A stretch of 64,000 nucleotides of DNA from Azolla caroliniana (lineage: Eukaryota; Plantae; Polypodiophyta), in contig JBHGNT010000016.1 of assembly GCA_043228905.1 (NCBI GenBank), positions 2,914,001-2,978,000 on the forward strand. The letters are read 5' to 3'. The position numbers were made by a program, and so were the translations under genes. Position 1 is the stretch's first letter. Each line of letters begins with the position of its first letter. Below, piece after piece: positions 11,369-23,606 of this stretch. The notes under the pieces are model-generated. The model was given only the letters and a program-made list of their open reading frames with translations. It ran no database searches and had not been told where the DNA came from.

Positions 11369-14004
11369 CTAAGCTCTAGACACTTTAATCTTGGGCATGG
11401 CTTTCTTCATCTGACGCAGTCTCTCCTTCTCTTCTCTCTTGCGGAGTACTTCCGTAGCAATTCTGGACTCAGAATTTTCAAGTGCTTTCCTTCTTTCTTC
11501 CTTCCTCTTTTGCAAGGCTTCCTGACGAGCACTCTGGGCTTCTTTGAACGCTTCTTGAGCTACTTTTGCTCTTGCTGAATCAGCCTTTGAGCGAAGCTAT
11601 AATATACAAACAAGGATGCAAATTTAGTTTGCATCAGAACATCAGTCGCTCAATCTTTAACATAATATATATGGTAAAAAAACTTTTGAACACCACCAAA
11701 CTTTTTCTTTATTTCCCTTAATATCCCTGAGTTTTCATTATTTCCGTAAAGTCATTCCTTCAAAGCAACTATATGTGCTATTTGACCAAGTTATTGGTCA
11801 AGTCATCCCCTTTCCCCAAGTCTCTTATCGCTCAAATATATGAATGTTATTTGCAATATTATGTGGTGAATTCATCCATTTTATCTGTTCCAATGGTTAA
11901 CCAAGGACATCTGGGGAAACAGTGGAAACTTAGGGGTATTTCAAAGTTTTTTCATGCATATATGTGTAATCATTACTCACCTGTGCATTCAGCTTGTATC
12001 GACCAACAAGGTCAATATAGTAAGGTACTAGTGCGATCAGACGAGACATATCTGCCATAGCGTGGATTGATGGCAGAGTAAACTTGAACTGAAGTATCTT
12101 CTTATGTGAACCAATGGGAAATTCATCTGTAAAATGTAGAGATACAAAATTGCTTCCATATTTTTGAAAAGCTTTCTCACCAAAAACCTGATCATAACAA
12201 GGAGTAGTTAGTCCAGGAAATGGTGCATACTTATCACATATCTTATTAGCCTGCGTTGAAAGACAGGCAATGGCTTACATATTATATATTGGTCCTACTC
12301 TAATTTGAATGGATTTCTAATGGAATATGAATTGGTTTCTACTTCAATCTCTCATCCAATCTGAGTCAGTTTCTAATACGATATGCATTAATGTCTAGCC
12401 CAATATGCATCAGTCTCTAATTCAATATCACTATAAAAGAAATAAACAAAAGAGATCATTAACTATATTGGGGGTTGCAGAACCTTGTCCAATCGAAAAC
12501 CAAGTTATATTGCAATATGTTGTTTGATACCATCCACATATTGATTTCCAAGATAAGACATTAAAATGTTGCCTTAATGTACACCCCATATTTTGTATTG
12601 TTATAAGAAAAAATGATCCATCTTTCTCATTATGTGAGAAGACCATATCTAATAATTGACAATCTAAAACAAAGAATAATAATAAATATTCATTAATTAA
12701 CACACAATTGCATACTGCAAATTCCCTTGATTCTTTTACTTAATATCCATGAGAAGAGCTAATCTACCAAACAAACAAAAGGAACAATATCACTTAGCAT
12801 AAGACCATACCTGATCAATAACAGCATCAGTGAGAAGATCAATCCCTAATTCTCGCGATTCTGAAATAAAAACAAGTTCTTCCGATAATCCTTTCCGTTG
12901 TTGAGACTGAACTGGAGCAAAAGTCTGAATATCTCTCCACTCTTTCACCATTGCTTTCACATTCTTCTTTCTAACCAGAGCAAATGTTATAGGCTCCATA
13001 TTCTCATCATTCATAAATACATCAACAGTGATTTCATCTTTCCTGGGGCTTATGAAATACCACATACAAGCAATAAGATCGTGTCTACATTGTAAATCCA
13101 TGGTGGCTAGAAGACCTTTGCAAAATCTTCTTCCACTGGCATAGAATTTGAAGAGATTTTGGCCTTCTTTGATAAGGAGAGGTGAATCTGCTTCTGGTCC
13201 CGTTCCGAGGAGACTGAAATTCTTCTCAAAGATGCAATCTTTGCTTGCAAATTGTGCGGCCCAAGCAAGAACAATCTTCTCGTTCTCTTTTTTTCCAAAG
13301 AAGTAAGCTATGGCAAAAACGATAAGAAAACATATACAAGCTATCTCAAGGATGTAGTTCCGAGGATCAATTCTGCTTTGCACATTCTTTGGATCTTGAT
13401 TTGAAACTTCAGAAGACAGATCTGATGGAGAAGAAGAAGAAGAGGATGATGATGATGACGCTGAAGAAGAAACTGTTTCTTCTTCTTGTTCAGGTAAACC
13501 TTCGAACTCGTCTTCGTCCCAATATTCATGTCTCTTAGTTGCTGCTGGGGCTGAAGGTGAAGATGAAGGTGCAGAAAAAGTCAGAGTCTCATGGGTCTGA
13601 GAGCTCAGCGATGGTGTCTGATCAGAAGTTTCTATAGCATCTTCTGCTGCACCTATTTGTCCTCCTTTAACTTCTTCGTCTCCTTCTGTTTCGATCAGTG
13701 ACGAACGAGAAGGAGGGCCTCGATCCGTTTCGAAACCAGATTTTCTGTGAAGAGAAGGAGGGGGGGGAGGGGTAGAAACCATGGAGAGAGGTTCTTCGTC
13801 TGCTTCTTCGGATTCATCGCCGAAACCTTCGAAGTCTGGGACGGAGGAGACAGCGATGGCGAGGGCGGAGGTGCGAGCGATCTCTTGACCTAGAAGGGAG
13901 AGGATGGATACAAGAGCGATCCACCACCAAAGGCGATCCATACCTGGGAGGAAGAAACCCTTCAGGAGCCATTGCAGAAAGCTTCGACGCCCCGAATTCG
14001 CCAT
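11369..14004 (-). CDS. CCDC47: CCDC47 / DUF1682 family ER membrane protein (PAT complex subunit homolog), about 542 aa
   Basis: Exons 14004-12811, 12187-11981 and 11596-11369, all GT-AG and phase 0. Signal-like segment, acidic luminal region (WDEDEFEG), TM segment, YASGRRFC...LQCRHDL, and a C-terminal basic coil ending KKAMPKIKVSRA*. Confidence 0.9.
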
Positions 14005-14027
14005 AGCCACGAGCTCTCTGCGAATCT

Positions 14028-14067
14028 CTTCTTCTTCTTCTTCTTCTTCTTCTTCTTCTTCTTCTTC
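14028..14067. repeat. (TTC)n microsatellite in the CCDC47 5' UTR region
   Basis: Direct read of the TTC run just upstream of the ATG at 14004. Confidence 0.9.
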
Positions 14068-16835
14068 TGCTTCTATTGCTACTGCTACTGCTGCTGCTTT
14101 TTTTTTCTTTATCTTTTTGTTCAGAATTTTGGCGAAAAAACGAAACCTCAAAACATGCCCCTCATTCTCTGGCCTGAGTTTTACTAAATTTCATATAATG
14201 CCCCCCCATCTCTTTCTTTGCACTTTCACTTTCTCTTCTGTGTTTTTGTCCGATGAGGCCCATACCAGACCTCTTCCTTGGCTTCAAATCTTATCCTGCC
14301 TTCAATTCGGATCATCCCCATTTCGGAAAAGAAACGTTCTAGAGCCTTCTATGTAAAGCTACCAAGAATCCCTGATCTTCAGAGGAGTCGTATGATATGA
14401 ATGTGGATCGTTTTCGAAGTCTGGTCTTTCCCTACAACAATGGAGCTGCTTGTAAAGCAGTTATGTCGTGGTTTCATGGTTTGGTTTTGGCCCTAACCAA
14501 ACCATTGTCATTTACGCATTTCAATCAAGGATGTCGCCTGCTCTCATCGGTTCATGCATCGATGTTTGGAACAAATGTCCGGTGAGGCTTGTAAAAGAAG
14601 AAGACAATGAAGAGTTTTATCTTTAGTAATTCAATCAACGTGCTTTGTTTTACAATTATGATGTGGTGGTGCTTTCAAGAAGTATTGCACATATACAGAC
14701 AAGCTTATGAGCAGCTTGAATGACTTTTGCGTGCATAATAAGCTAATGTGTCAACATCTCCATATGTAGGTTATGTTGGTCAACGCTATAATAATGATAA
14801 ACCATATACTGCATGCAACAATGAGCCATATGAAATGATAGAAAGTTTCAAATACGTTGGTCGTGAGGTTGCCTCGCATCATGGAGAAAAGAATGTACTT
14901 TTTGGCACTTCGAAGCAGACAAATTATGCAATGAAGGCGAAATAAACAAATGTAAGTCCACAAAAAATCCATGCAACAAAAGAGAAATCAACATGTTTTT
15001 TTATCTTGGCGGACAATAATGATATATATCCAACCAACTTCTCTTTTCGTCTTTGTATATGTTTTTTCAACCTCCACCTTCATTTCGCATGTTTGATTAT
15101 CAAAATACTCATTCACATGTTGGCTAACGTTGCACTTTGATGAGGACATGTTAATGAAGTAAAATAAGCAAGTAACTAACTAATTGAGTCAGGGACCAAA
15201 AAAGTAAGGAAAATATTTTGAGAAGAGAGGAAACTGAAAGACATAGATTTGTTGACATGAAAAGCCAACATCTCTAGAGATAATTAGATCACATTTTATG
15301 GTTTAAGAGGAACCTTGGAGTATTGAAATTGTTTGTTTGTGTGATGTTGGGGGTATTTCACCAAGGTAAATTTGGAAATTGTATCTTTTTCATCTTCGGA
15401 ATATTTGGGAGGATAAGGTAATGGTGATTTGTTGTATCACCCAGAGCAAAGGACACGATACAAACATAAAATACCATTGGTGTCCCATACCACCAAATAT
15501 TTCCTCAAGTCATACATTGGTTGTTGAATAAATTATCTAAATAAGATATCTTAGGCTCATTGTGAGAGTCTGCTTTATATAGCCCAACGCTTAAGGTCCA
15601 TATGAGTTTGTCCTGGTTCCGAAAGTGTCATGTCATGGCACCTTTTATAGACATGACCTATAGACAAGTTCTATAGCTAATTTTAATGGGTTAAGGGTAG
15701 GATAATTAGGATGATAGATTGGAACAATATACCCTAGAAACGGGACAATGATTAGCCATATAATATTTTGGCATAATGATGAGATCAAAATGTAAACCAA
15801 AACAATTGATCACCATTGGTAAGTTTTCAAATAGAGACACAGGGATAGTATTAGAAATTAAAATGTTTGATGGAGAGGCTAGAGAACTCAACTTGGTTTG
15901 TCACAATCATAAATTTGGCATGTGCATCAAGACATTGTAATGACATAGATTCTACATATTCATAGAAACCACAATGTAAACAATCCATATTTGATGATAA
16001 ATTAGGCATTATGTGCTACTTAATGTGTTAGAATATTGGATATAGTCACAAGTTGATTGTATGTTGGATGCCATGTATCATATATTGGACATGTCTTTAG
16101 AATTTATTGCCAAAGAACTCAACATGATACAAGAATGAGACCATGGCATTACTTATTATACTTTCACAGACTTCAAAACCCTTTTGTTTTTCACTCTCTC
16201 TCCATTTATTGCGGTTTTGTAGATATTAGGTGCAAGATATATCCACTTCCACATTGAAGTACATAGAAAATGCTACATTTATTTGGATCCCACCTTACTT
16301 TTCCATTCAACACAACAGAGGTGAAGAGGGAACTCCCATACATAAATTAGGGAAGATCTTAACTATCCTATATGGGTGCTAGCTTTGTTTAATGAGATAC
16401 TTAATTTTATGAGTATTATTTTTGTCAACTCCAATAGTTATCTAGTTATCGCCTTGATGCACACTACCTTGGATTATTATTTTATGTAAATGCATCAAAG
16501 GTGAGAGGGCTCATCACTTTTATGTGGGGAGAACTTAGAAGTTAACCCTATCTAGTGTGTAAAGAGTGAGAAGTCATTGGGTAATTTATCTAATTAAGTA
16601 GTCAATGGATGAGCATCATTTTTAAGTATATAGTTGTAAACGTACACTCAACAAATTTAAAACTAATAATTGCAAAGGTGTGGGCAATTTGCAAGGTCTA
16701 GAATGCATGCTAAGAAAATTGCTTTCAAACATGTCATGTATCAACAAAAGATGTAAATGATTTTGTAAACTCAACAATTGAAAATCTCCTTTTTTTTAAA
16801 TTGCACTTCTAACACTTCGTCTTGGGTTCAAAACC

Positions 16836-16838
<3 letters not shown>

Positions 16839-16884
<46 letters not shown>
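16839..16884. repeat. (TC)n microsatellite
   Basis: Uninterrupted TC run. Confidence 0.95.
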
Positions 16885-16886
<2 letters not shown>

Positions 16887-17579
16887 ATACAACAAAAATG
16901 AGGTTGGTATGTAAGGCGCAACAAAAACTACAAAAATGTTTGGTAAGTCTTCAATGCTTTCCAATTTCATTGTATGTGCTTCCTACATGTCACATTTTTT
17001 ATCATGTGTAAATCCCAAACATTTTTATGCCATCAACAATCTTCATTTTGAGTCACAATCTTACACACCAAATACTACATATTACATGTAATCTAAATAC
17101 ATTGTTAAATTACCTTGATTTGGATTAGATTGGATTAGAGATATACATATATGAAAGCTATTCCACTATCACTACCCTAGCCATGTTCTTTTTCAATCAT
17201 TATGGAAGTATTCCATATTCAATCATAATAGACACTAAATCCCTTGTATAAACACAAAGAAAGATATGATAGCATGATAGTTATGTAATGGCTACATGAA
17301 TGATTGGTGGATCATCTCTTGCATGTAGGCACCGCACCTATTACGAATATCAATGTCCAGCATTATCAATTATATCGAATCCCGTGAAAACTAAAAGTTC
17401 CCATGCCCTTGTAAAGAGGAACTTTTAGAGAAGTTAACTGTAAATCTTGCTTTAGTTCACAAAAATAAACAAGTAGCAATTATGAAGATACACTACTGTT
17501 TTATACATGAACAATATTTAGCACATAATATGGCTAGAGTTAGCACATGAAAATAAGAGTAATAGGGTAATTGCATAAC

Positions 17580-20500
17580 TTATGCAGCGAATGACTTTCC
17601 GCAGCCACATGTTGATGTTGCATTCGGGTTACTGAAGGAAAACCCACCACCAATAAGGGCATCACTATAATCAAGCTGCATCCCATAAAGATAAAGTAGG
17701 CTCTTTGGATCACAAACTGTAAAATGGAACAGAAAGTCAACAGTTAATCTAGCATAAAGACTACAAAAACATCGCATAAAAAACTTAATTGAATTTAATG
17801 ATAATATTCAAAAATCTAAATTAATCAAAAAGTGAATACTAAAATTTCAAGTTCAATTCACTATTTTCTTCTCTCTACATAAAATTGAAAAATTGCTATC
17901 TCATATAACCCAGCAGTGCAGCATCTAGATCTTCACCAACAATTTCACCAGACTATTTCTATCTTGTTCCTGTCCTGCCCCAAATTTGAAATTAAATTTT
18001 TGTTTCAAATTATCTACAGTCTCAATCTCATTTGTTTCTGCAGGTATTAAAGATTGCCTTTTACGATTTAACCTTTTGTTTCAACATTGAAGATGGTCCA
18101 AGTCAACCTTTGAGGAAAAGCTAGAACTACAAATGTGAATCTAAATTTCAAATGCGCTGATAGTAATATTAATGTAAGGCAGTATCCAATAAGTGGATCC
18201 ATCAAAGAAATGACAAATTTCTAATATTTTCTCCTACTAACCTTAACAAGCTTTGATAGATTAGTTGTTTCTTTTCTGACTGTGTTGCTTTCAGATTTTC
18301 CGTAGTTATTTAACAAGCTTTGGAAGAACTACCCAATGTCAATGTCAATCTTCCTTAAGATATATTATCTCAATCGATGAGAAACGAAAACCTAACTTGG
18401 AGTTACTGGAATAGGGTGAGCAGCTTACCCATTGTGAATCCTTCATAATCAATAAGAGAATCCTCTTCTCTCAAGTTTGATTTAAGTTCAAAATCCATAG
18501 TGTAAGACATTCCAGAGCAGCCTCCTTGCCTCACTCCAATCCTCAAACAAAGTTCTTCATTGCGTTCTGCCCTCATCTTATTCAAATGGCCTAACGCAGA
18601 TGGTGATAGAGTGATTGGAGCCTTGACAACAGGTTCCGTTCCTGTTTAGAGATGGAAAGTGACTAACTTATAAGTACCAATTGATTGACATCAACATGAA
18701 AGACCTTAGACTACACAAGATGAACACTGATTGTTATGTGCACAGGCATAACCTTCAGTAATTATCAACATTAAAAGAGAGGTTAGATTTATTTGCATGT
18801 CTTTGTCCATGGCACAGAAACTGACTGGATAGCAATGCTCTAGACATAGCCATTTGCCTGGTTCAGTTTCGGTTTGATTCGACTTGAGCAGAGCCGAATC
18901 AAACCATTTAATATTGATTAGAGGTTACAAACTAAGTTAAGTTGTTTAACCATTTGGCCTAAATATTTAAACCAGAACTGTTTAAGCCAGAACATTTGAG
19001 CTATAAGAAAACTTTAGCTAAACAAAATTCATAGAAACAAAAACCTAAACCAAACTGTTTGATCAAGAATCCATTTAGCCATCAAACCAAACTTGAAACC
19101 ATTAAACCATTAAACATAACCAGAAACCATTCCCAAGTCCATTAAATTGATCTAAGCACATCTGCATATATTCAATTTGACATGAGCTTCCAGAAAAATA
19201 GAAATTTGTCCATGCTCACCAGCAATGTAATGCATGAAGCAAAAGACAATTCTGCACATTACAAAGTGTGAAGTAACATACATACTTGAAGACATCCAAA
19301 TATAAAACAAAGTTACATTTTCAGTGTTCCCACCATGATTATCACTTAAAATATAATATATAATCTCATCCTCTGTAAACAAGTCCTCCAATTTCATACT
19401 TAAATCCTCATATGCTTTCTGGAAATCATCAGGTATTGCCATTTTTTATTCTTCTAAGATGGTCATCTATGATTAAACTAATATTTTAGCTTTAAATGTG
19501 GAAGCATGCAGGTTAATCTTATCATCAGAAGTTGATTCCCTCACTTGCCCTCTTAAATTTTTGGTAGTAGTTAGTCACGAGCGTATGTATGTGATGTATG
19601 TATGTATGGAGAGGCCATTTCTAAGGTGCGCTGTGTATTGTATTTGCAGAGGGACATGCAAGCAGAGGCAGGATGTGCAGTAACTTCTCAGCTGAATTTC
19701 CCTCTTCTGCGGGTAAGAAAACGCTAGTATTCCATGGCAGTAACAAGATAAAGAATCCCAATTTCTGAAAACTATAAGCCTAAAACGTAAACTGTGTGAA
19801 ACATTTAAATCAAGTTGAACCAAGCTAGAAACTGCTAAACTGTTATATTTTGGGGCCAAATTAAATCAAACCCTAAAGCTTTGGGCGAACCAAGTCAAAT
19901 GAAAAAAAGTGGAAATGAAAACGAATTGAGCTAGCAAAAGGCACCATACAAGGTCCTCTGCATGTGCACTCAGACAACCATCTTTGACCATCATGTCACC
20001 CCAACCTCACTTAGGCATAGGCTTTAGGCTTTAGGCTTTAGCTGAGCCTGAACACAAAGACAAACAGAGTGTCTGCTCAGAGGGGAGTCAAACATCTTAT
20101 CAATTGGATGGAGTTCAAGACGGGTGTGCCACGAATACCAGAAAACGAGATTTTCTCTAATTATATGGAAGTAGATGGTCTGTACAGTCCTTTATAGACA
20201 TTGAGGAGATTTGAAATGAAATATATTCAATTGTCAGCTGTGACTAAATGGTTTCTTTCAGCTCAATCCAAACCAGGAAAAATACCAGATTGGACAGGAA
20301 GTTTGGGCCCTAGGGTCTGTCACTATACAAGGGCTAGATACCCTTAAACTTAAAAGTATAAAAAGATATCCATGTCAGCATGAAAGACAGTGCAACATGA
20401 ACCAATGGTTGTGGACATATATAAGGGCAATCTATGATCACATGCATTTTCATTCATTCTCTTATTTTCCTCTAATCTAATAGTGGAAGCAAGTTCGAAA

Positions 20501-21561
20501 TATTGACATAACACAATGATGTGTTCCCCAGAATGAGGATAGTGGTGGGTAGAGACTTGAATCTATATGCCTTCTATCGATTCGTTATAGTTAATTCCTT
20601 ATTATATAGGAATATCACAGAGATTGAGACTTCAAGCACTCAAATACCATGTGAGGTGATCATACAATGTCCATGTGCCCCATTCATTATGTAATGAGTC
20701 CATCTATGACAAACATAATGGACTTTGCTCCAGAGGACTAGATGAGTATCTATGTTCCCTGGATAACTTGATTCCACCTGAACATAGAAAATATATATTG
20801 ATATTTTTGTTCCAAGTTGAATCATTGGATCTTAAACATCAAATATATACCCACCTTCCTTGTTGAATTTGTTCTGCCTAACCCAGTTCTAAAGGAATTT
20901 TAACTAAACAACTATATACACGTCTATGATCAATCAATCTAACAATTTCCTGGAAATATTTTCACCAAAATATTATGTGGATATGTATGTTTCTGGTTTA
21001 ACACAAGGAGAAAGCGATTTCCACCAGAAATAAAGAGATTTAACATACATGTGTTCTTGGCGAGTACTGAGCATTCAATCTAGTACACACATGAAGGGAT
21101 TTCCATCAAGTGACTATGTATACATCTATTTTCCTCGTTGGATAGTTTGATATAGATTAAGTATAAAGCTATATTTCACCAAAAGATCAAGGAAAACTCA
21201 CCAAAAACTAGCCCCTTTTCAACCAAACAATACTAGTTTTCACCGAAAAAAGGAACTGTTAACCAAAAAACTATGCAGATATGTATGTCGCTGGTTGGAT
21301 CAGTGTATCGAGCACAAGCATGTAAATGTACATTTTCCACTAAAACGCTCAAAAAATACATATTTTCTTGTGGAAATACATATTTTCTTGTAAACAGATT
21401 GACCCACCTGATTCTGCAGCGCGGATGCGGAGAGTATCAAAGCGTCGGCTACGCAAGTGAGAGAGACAGAGTTTACTGTTGATTTTCAGTGAGACAGGGC
21501 TGGCATGGAGACCCAGGGAAGCTGGAGGGACTGCGATCGAGCACCGTAAAGAAGAAGCCAT
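17580..21561 (-). CDS. ISCA: Iron-sulfur cluster assembly protein IscA/SufA, chloroplastic, 167 aa
   Basis: Exons 21561-21408, 18641-18429 and 17716-17580 (GT-AG, phase 1). Ser/Arg-rich transit-peptide-like exon 1, [15 protein letters not shown], and a C-terminal [14 protein letters not shown] HesB signature. Confidence 0.95.
18855..19145. mobile_element. MITE/hAT-like remnant in IscA intron 1
   Basis: Many AAACC/GGTTT repeats and an 11-bp inverted repeat GGTTTGATTCG (18871-18881) / CGAATCAAACC (18895-18905). A similar patch lies near 19760-19930. Confidence 0.4.
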
Positions 21562-23606
21562 GGATCGATCGATCGATCGATCGAAGAAAAAGGAGAAACA
21601 CAGGAACAGAAGAAGAAGAAGCAGTAGTACGAAGAAGATAGAAGCACTAACAAATATGTTTTTTTATTATTACTTTTGTTTACAAATATGTTTTTTTATT
21701 ACTTTTGTTATATTTATTATATTATGTTGTTTCCGGTTATCATCCCATCATTTCCCATGTATGCGGCGGCATGGCATGCCTTGCTATGTGTGCATATATG
21801 TATATATGCCTACATGCATGCTGACACTATGGTGTATCAATGGCATCGGGCGCATTCCGGAAATCATCATCTAACAAGCCAACGAGTTTGAAACCGATGT
21901 TTCAGAAACAAAAACAAAACACAATGGCAAAACACCAATACGATGGTGATGGCGATGGTCATGGTCATGTTCATGTTGGCATTGAAATCCGAATTTCTCT
22001 GCCCTCCGAGTGCGCTCAGAAAGCTAACTATGATTTGTTGTCATGTGTTCATATGGACAAGATCAATATCTTTCGCCAAACCCCACTCTTGAACGAACCT
22101 GATGGTGGATTTCAATGTGTTTCACGACATGTGGTTCTGATAAGTTTGAATATAACTTTAAAACCAGGGGTAGAAAATCGACAATTACATACGTCCAACT
22201 CTAACAAGGATCGCATAATCAAGCGACATCAGAAGTAGCCATGGTTGTGCCTCTACTTTCATGACTGACAAAGTTGTCATTGGTTGATTTTTACAATTAT
22301 AGGTGACCATTGTGCTCCAAGTGGGAAACTCGTATCCACTTTTACATTGTCAAATTGTCAGGTCGCATTTGCGTTTCCACCAAGGGTCTACACAACTCTT
22401 ACCTTCAAGTGTTGTTATGCACTTCCAAGGACCACTATTAAGTTCTCTTCACTAACCCACTAACTGGGGGATGAAGAGTACAAGTTTGCTGGGAAATACC
22501 ACATCATGTTTCAATACTAAAGCATACATCCCTCGTCTGTATGAAACCATGATTGATTTGTGTGCATAACTTTCTCCAAGTTGAAAGATTATATCACAAC
22601 ATCCAAATAATAACCTAGACAATAGCTCCCTCCATCCACTTGACATGTACAACCTAGAGTTGGCCAATGACACCGACCTCAACCAACTCTCTCGTGGAAG
22701 TAAAGCATATGTTCATCATGGTTAACGAGGGCATAAAAACGTGACCACAAATGTTAACAATATATGTTGTTTGGGTTGTTGGATTTGGTAGATGACTTGA
22801 TGTCAATCATTGTGAAGGAGATGACATTCATATTTAGGACTAACCATGAGCATAGTTTGGAAGTGTCATTGCATTGTACGCAAACAATCATTGGATCCCC
22901 GTTTCTTATTGTTCCTACTTAGCATTGAAGAAGTCCACCTTTCACTTTTCATTATGCTTCACAACGCACCCCTTGATTGGGGAGATTAGTCGAGTTGAAG
23001 TAAGGGACAAGAGGGGGAATGACACTCACGCTCGTATCTAGATGAATTGCAAACATATTGATCGTGAACAAGAGGGAGCTCAAGTAAACGTTAAACCATG
23101 TCTTGGTGTCTATAAAATATGTTGCCATTGAAGGTCAAACAAATGTAAAGAAAAAGAAAAAGGAGTTATATTAGTCAATCTCTCTCTTTGTATACATGTA
23201 GAGAGAGAGTCCAAAAACTCCAATCAATTGTAAAGAACCTTACATAAATGTTTTATTTTGTAGTTTTTTCCATATAAACCCGTATTTGTGCTTCAACAAA
23301 GTCCAAAAATCATTGAGACCGGGTCTCAATTATATATCTCGCCTTGTTAACCCTCAAATGAAAACAATAGATTAAACTGAGAGAGCAATCTCTCATTTCT
23401 AGATGAACATAATAACCAAGAAGACACGAGTAACTCTTTTGGCGCTCTTCGACATTCTCAAACTCATTTCAATTGGACTTAAGGATGTCATCAACCCTCG
23501 TTTGGGTGAAATGAAACAAATGATAAACAAAAAAGAAACATGAATTAAGAGTCTCGTGACTAGTGATTATCTACTTGAGACAAATTAAAATATATATATT
23601 TTCTCC

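Noticed and set aside
14005-14151. N-terminal poly-K/poly-A/poly-E extension of the 453-aa ORF
   Set aside because: It comes from 5' UTR microsatellites read from a non-ATG start. The likely start is ATG 14004 (MANSGRR).
14748-14945. ORF with EMIESFKYVG resembling the LINE RT FKYLG motif
   Set aside because: Too short and degenerate to delimit; at most a LINE scrap.
21900-23500. Scattered short ORFs upstream of IscA
   Set aside because: No recognisable domain, splice structure or termini.
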